A DNA stretch of 47,379 bases from a virus (lineage: Duplodnaviria; Caudoviricetes). Location: positions 1 through 47,379 of IMG/VR virus record IMGVR_UViG_3300019996_000008; one strand, written 5' to 3'. Positions 46,618 to 47,379 of this stretch are shown one piece after another. Under the pieces are notes generated by a model. That model ran no database searches. It was not told the origin of the DNA and saw only the letters and a program-made list of their open reading frames with translations. Made by a program: the position numbers and the translations under genes. Each line of letters starts with the position of its first letter. The first letter of the stretch is position 1.

Positions 46618-47379
46618 ATGAACGGACGTTTCAAAATATTATTAAGACGTAGACAGAACAACGAAGAGGGTATTGATGTCACGGTGCAATGCAATCCTTT
46701 AACAGGTGCTGCTGAGTATGTGCCCGGTACGGTGGATAACGTAACTTCATTTCGTAACATTATACCCGTTGACAGTTGGTATAACTTCACTCCGTTTATT
46801 GAAGATGCTGAGAAACTTAACCTTACTTGGGATAAGGTTAATCAGGGTAATACTGCATCAGCACAAACTAATCAAGATGGCAGCAATTACGATAAAGGTA
46901 TTTCATCCGACCTTTTCTTCTTTGATTCTGCGTATCATTTCATTTATGATTGGTTAATAACTACTGAGTGCCAAATATTAAATGCTATTGAAGTAAAGAT
47001 TATTGATTTAATTGCTGGCGGGACCTATAGATTATTTGAAATTAAGAATGATAATATTGAATACGCCCCAATAGATGAGCCTTGCCAGTTCAGAATTAAG
47101 TTAAGAGAACAAGACGGAACTTGGCACTGTATTCATAAGACATTTATTTGGGATAACTGGCAGAATTGGTTTAAAGATGATTCATTTAAAACTCATCCAT
47201 GTTTTTTGACTTGTATAGAACCTCGCCCTAGATTAGTGCAGTCTGCAAGGATGGGGTTATTATTATTTGTTCACTCAAACCCAGTTGCTGAAACGATTGA
47301 CTTCTTAACAGGTTTTTCTATCCGTGAACACGCCCGTAGAATATTAAACGCAGATAGGTTTGTTGACGCTCCGTTGATC
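46618..47379 (+). CDS. N-terminal part of tail tip/hub protein (continues at position 140)
   Basis: MNGRFKILLRRRQ... open to the window end; missed by the track because it has no stop inside the window. Confidence 0.8.
   Translation, partial: MNGRFKILLRRRQNNEEGIDVTVQCNPLTGAAEYVPGTVDNVTSFRNIIPVDSWYNFTPFIEDAEKLNLTWDKVNQGNTASAQTNQDGSNYDKGISSDLFFFDSAYHFIYDWLITTECQILNAIEVKIIDLIAGGTYRLFEIKNDNIEYAPIDEPCQFRIKLREQDGTWHCIHKTFIWDNWQNWFKDDSFKTHPCFLTCIEPRPRLVQSARMGLLLFVHSNPVAETIDFLTGFSIREHARRILNADRFVDAPLI
47241..47379. repeat. Terminal direct repeat, right copy
   Basis: Matches 1-139 with one mismatch. Confidence 0.97.

Noticed and set aside
7237-46957. Short antisense or nested track ORFs (e.g. 7237, 8423, 9525, 10258, 14120, 24576, 40685, 46434, 46769)
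   Set aside because: They lie opposite or inside well-supported genes and show no motifs; likely shadow ORFs.
1-47379. Genome-wide TAG recoding
   Set aside because: Core genes are intact in the standard code, several end in TAG, and no suppressor tRNA was seen.
47241-47379. Biological direct terminal repeat
   Set aside because: It falls mid-gene with the frame preserved across the join, as expected of an assembler overlap.

Overview
The window is an apparently complete, circularly permuted tailed-phage genome of about 47,240 unique bp. Bases 47241-47379 repeat bases 1-139 with one mismatch, and one tail gene reads straight across the join. It looks siphovirus-like: tape measure, tail tube and a frameshifted tail chaperone are present and no sheath is recognisable. 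The host is probably Bacteroidota, judged from TAnnTTTG-type -7 boxes, A-rich Shine-Dalgarno-less starts, signal peptides ending in A/S/G-Q and a DUF4373-like initiator. Modules in order: tail tip/tube, portal and head, capsid, exported fibre-like proteins, lysis, a short leftward operon, recombination/DNA modification/replication, TerS, Mom-like protein, five glycosyl/phosphotransferase-like genes, HNH, TerL, tail chaperone and tape measure. No integrase, CI-like repressor, tRNA or CRISPR array was seen. The best candidates for new biology are: (1) a tail-fibre/chaperone module whose proteins carry Sec signal peptides and mostly Bacteroidota O-glycosylation sequons; (2) a ~435-nt nested, ORF-free structured element in the head region; (3) Cys-rich virion proteins next to a membrane CxxC protein; (4) a GNAT-methyltransferase fusion plus an atypical radical-SAM gene and Mom. 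All protein calls come from motifs and gene context read by eye; no searches were run.
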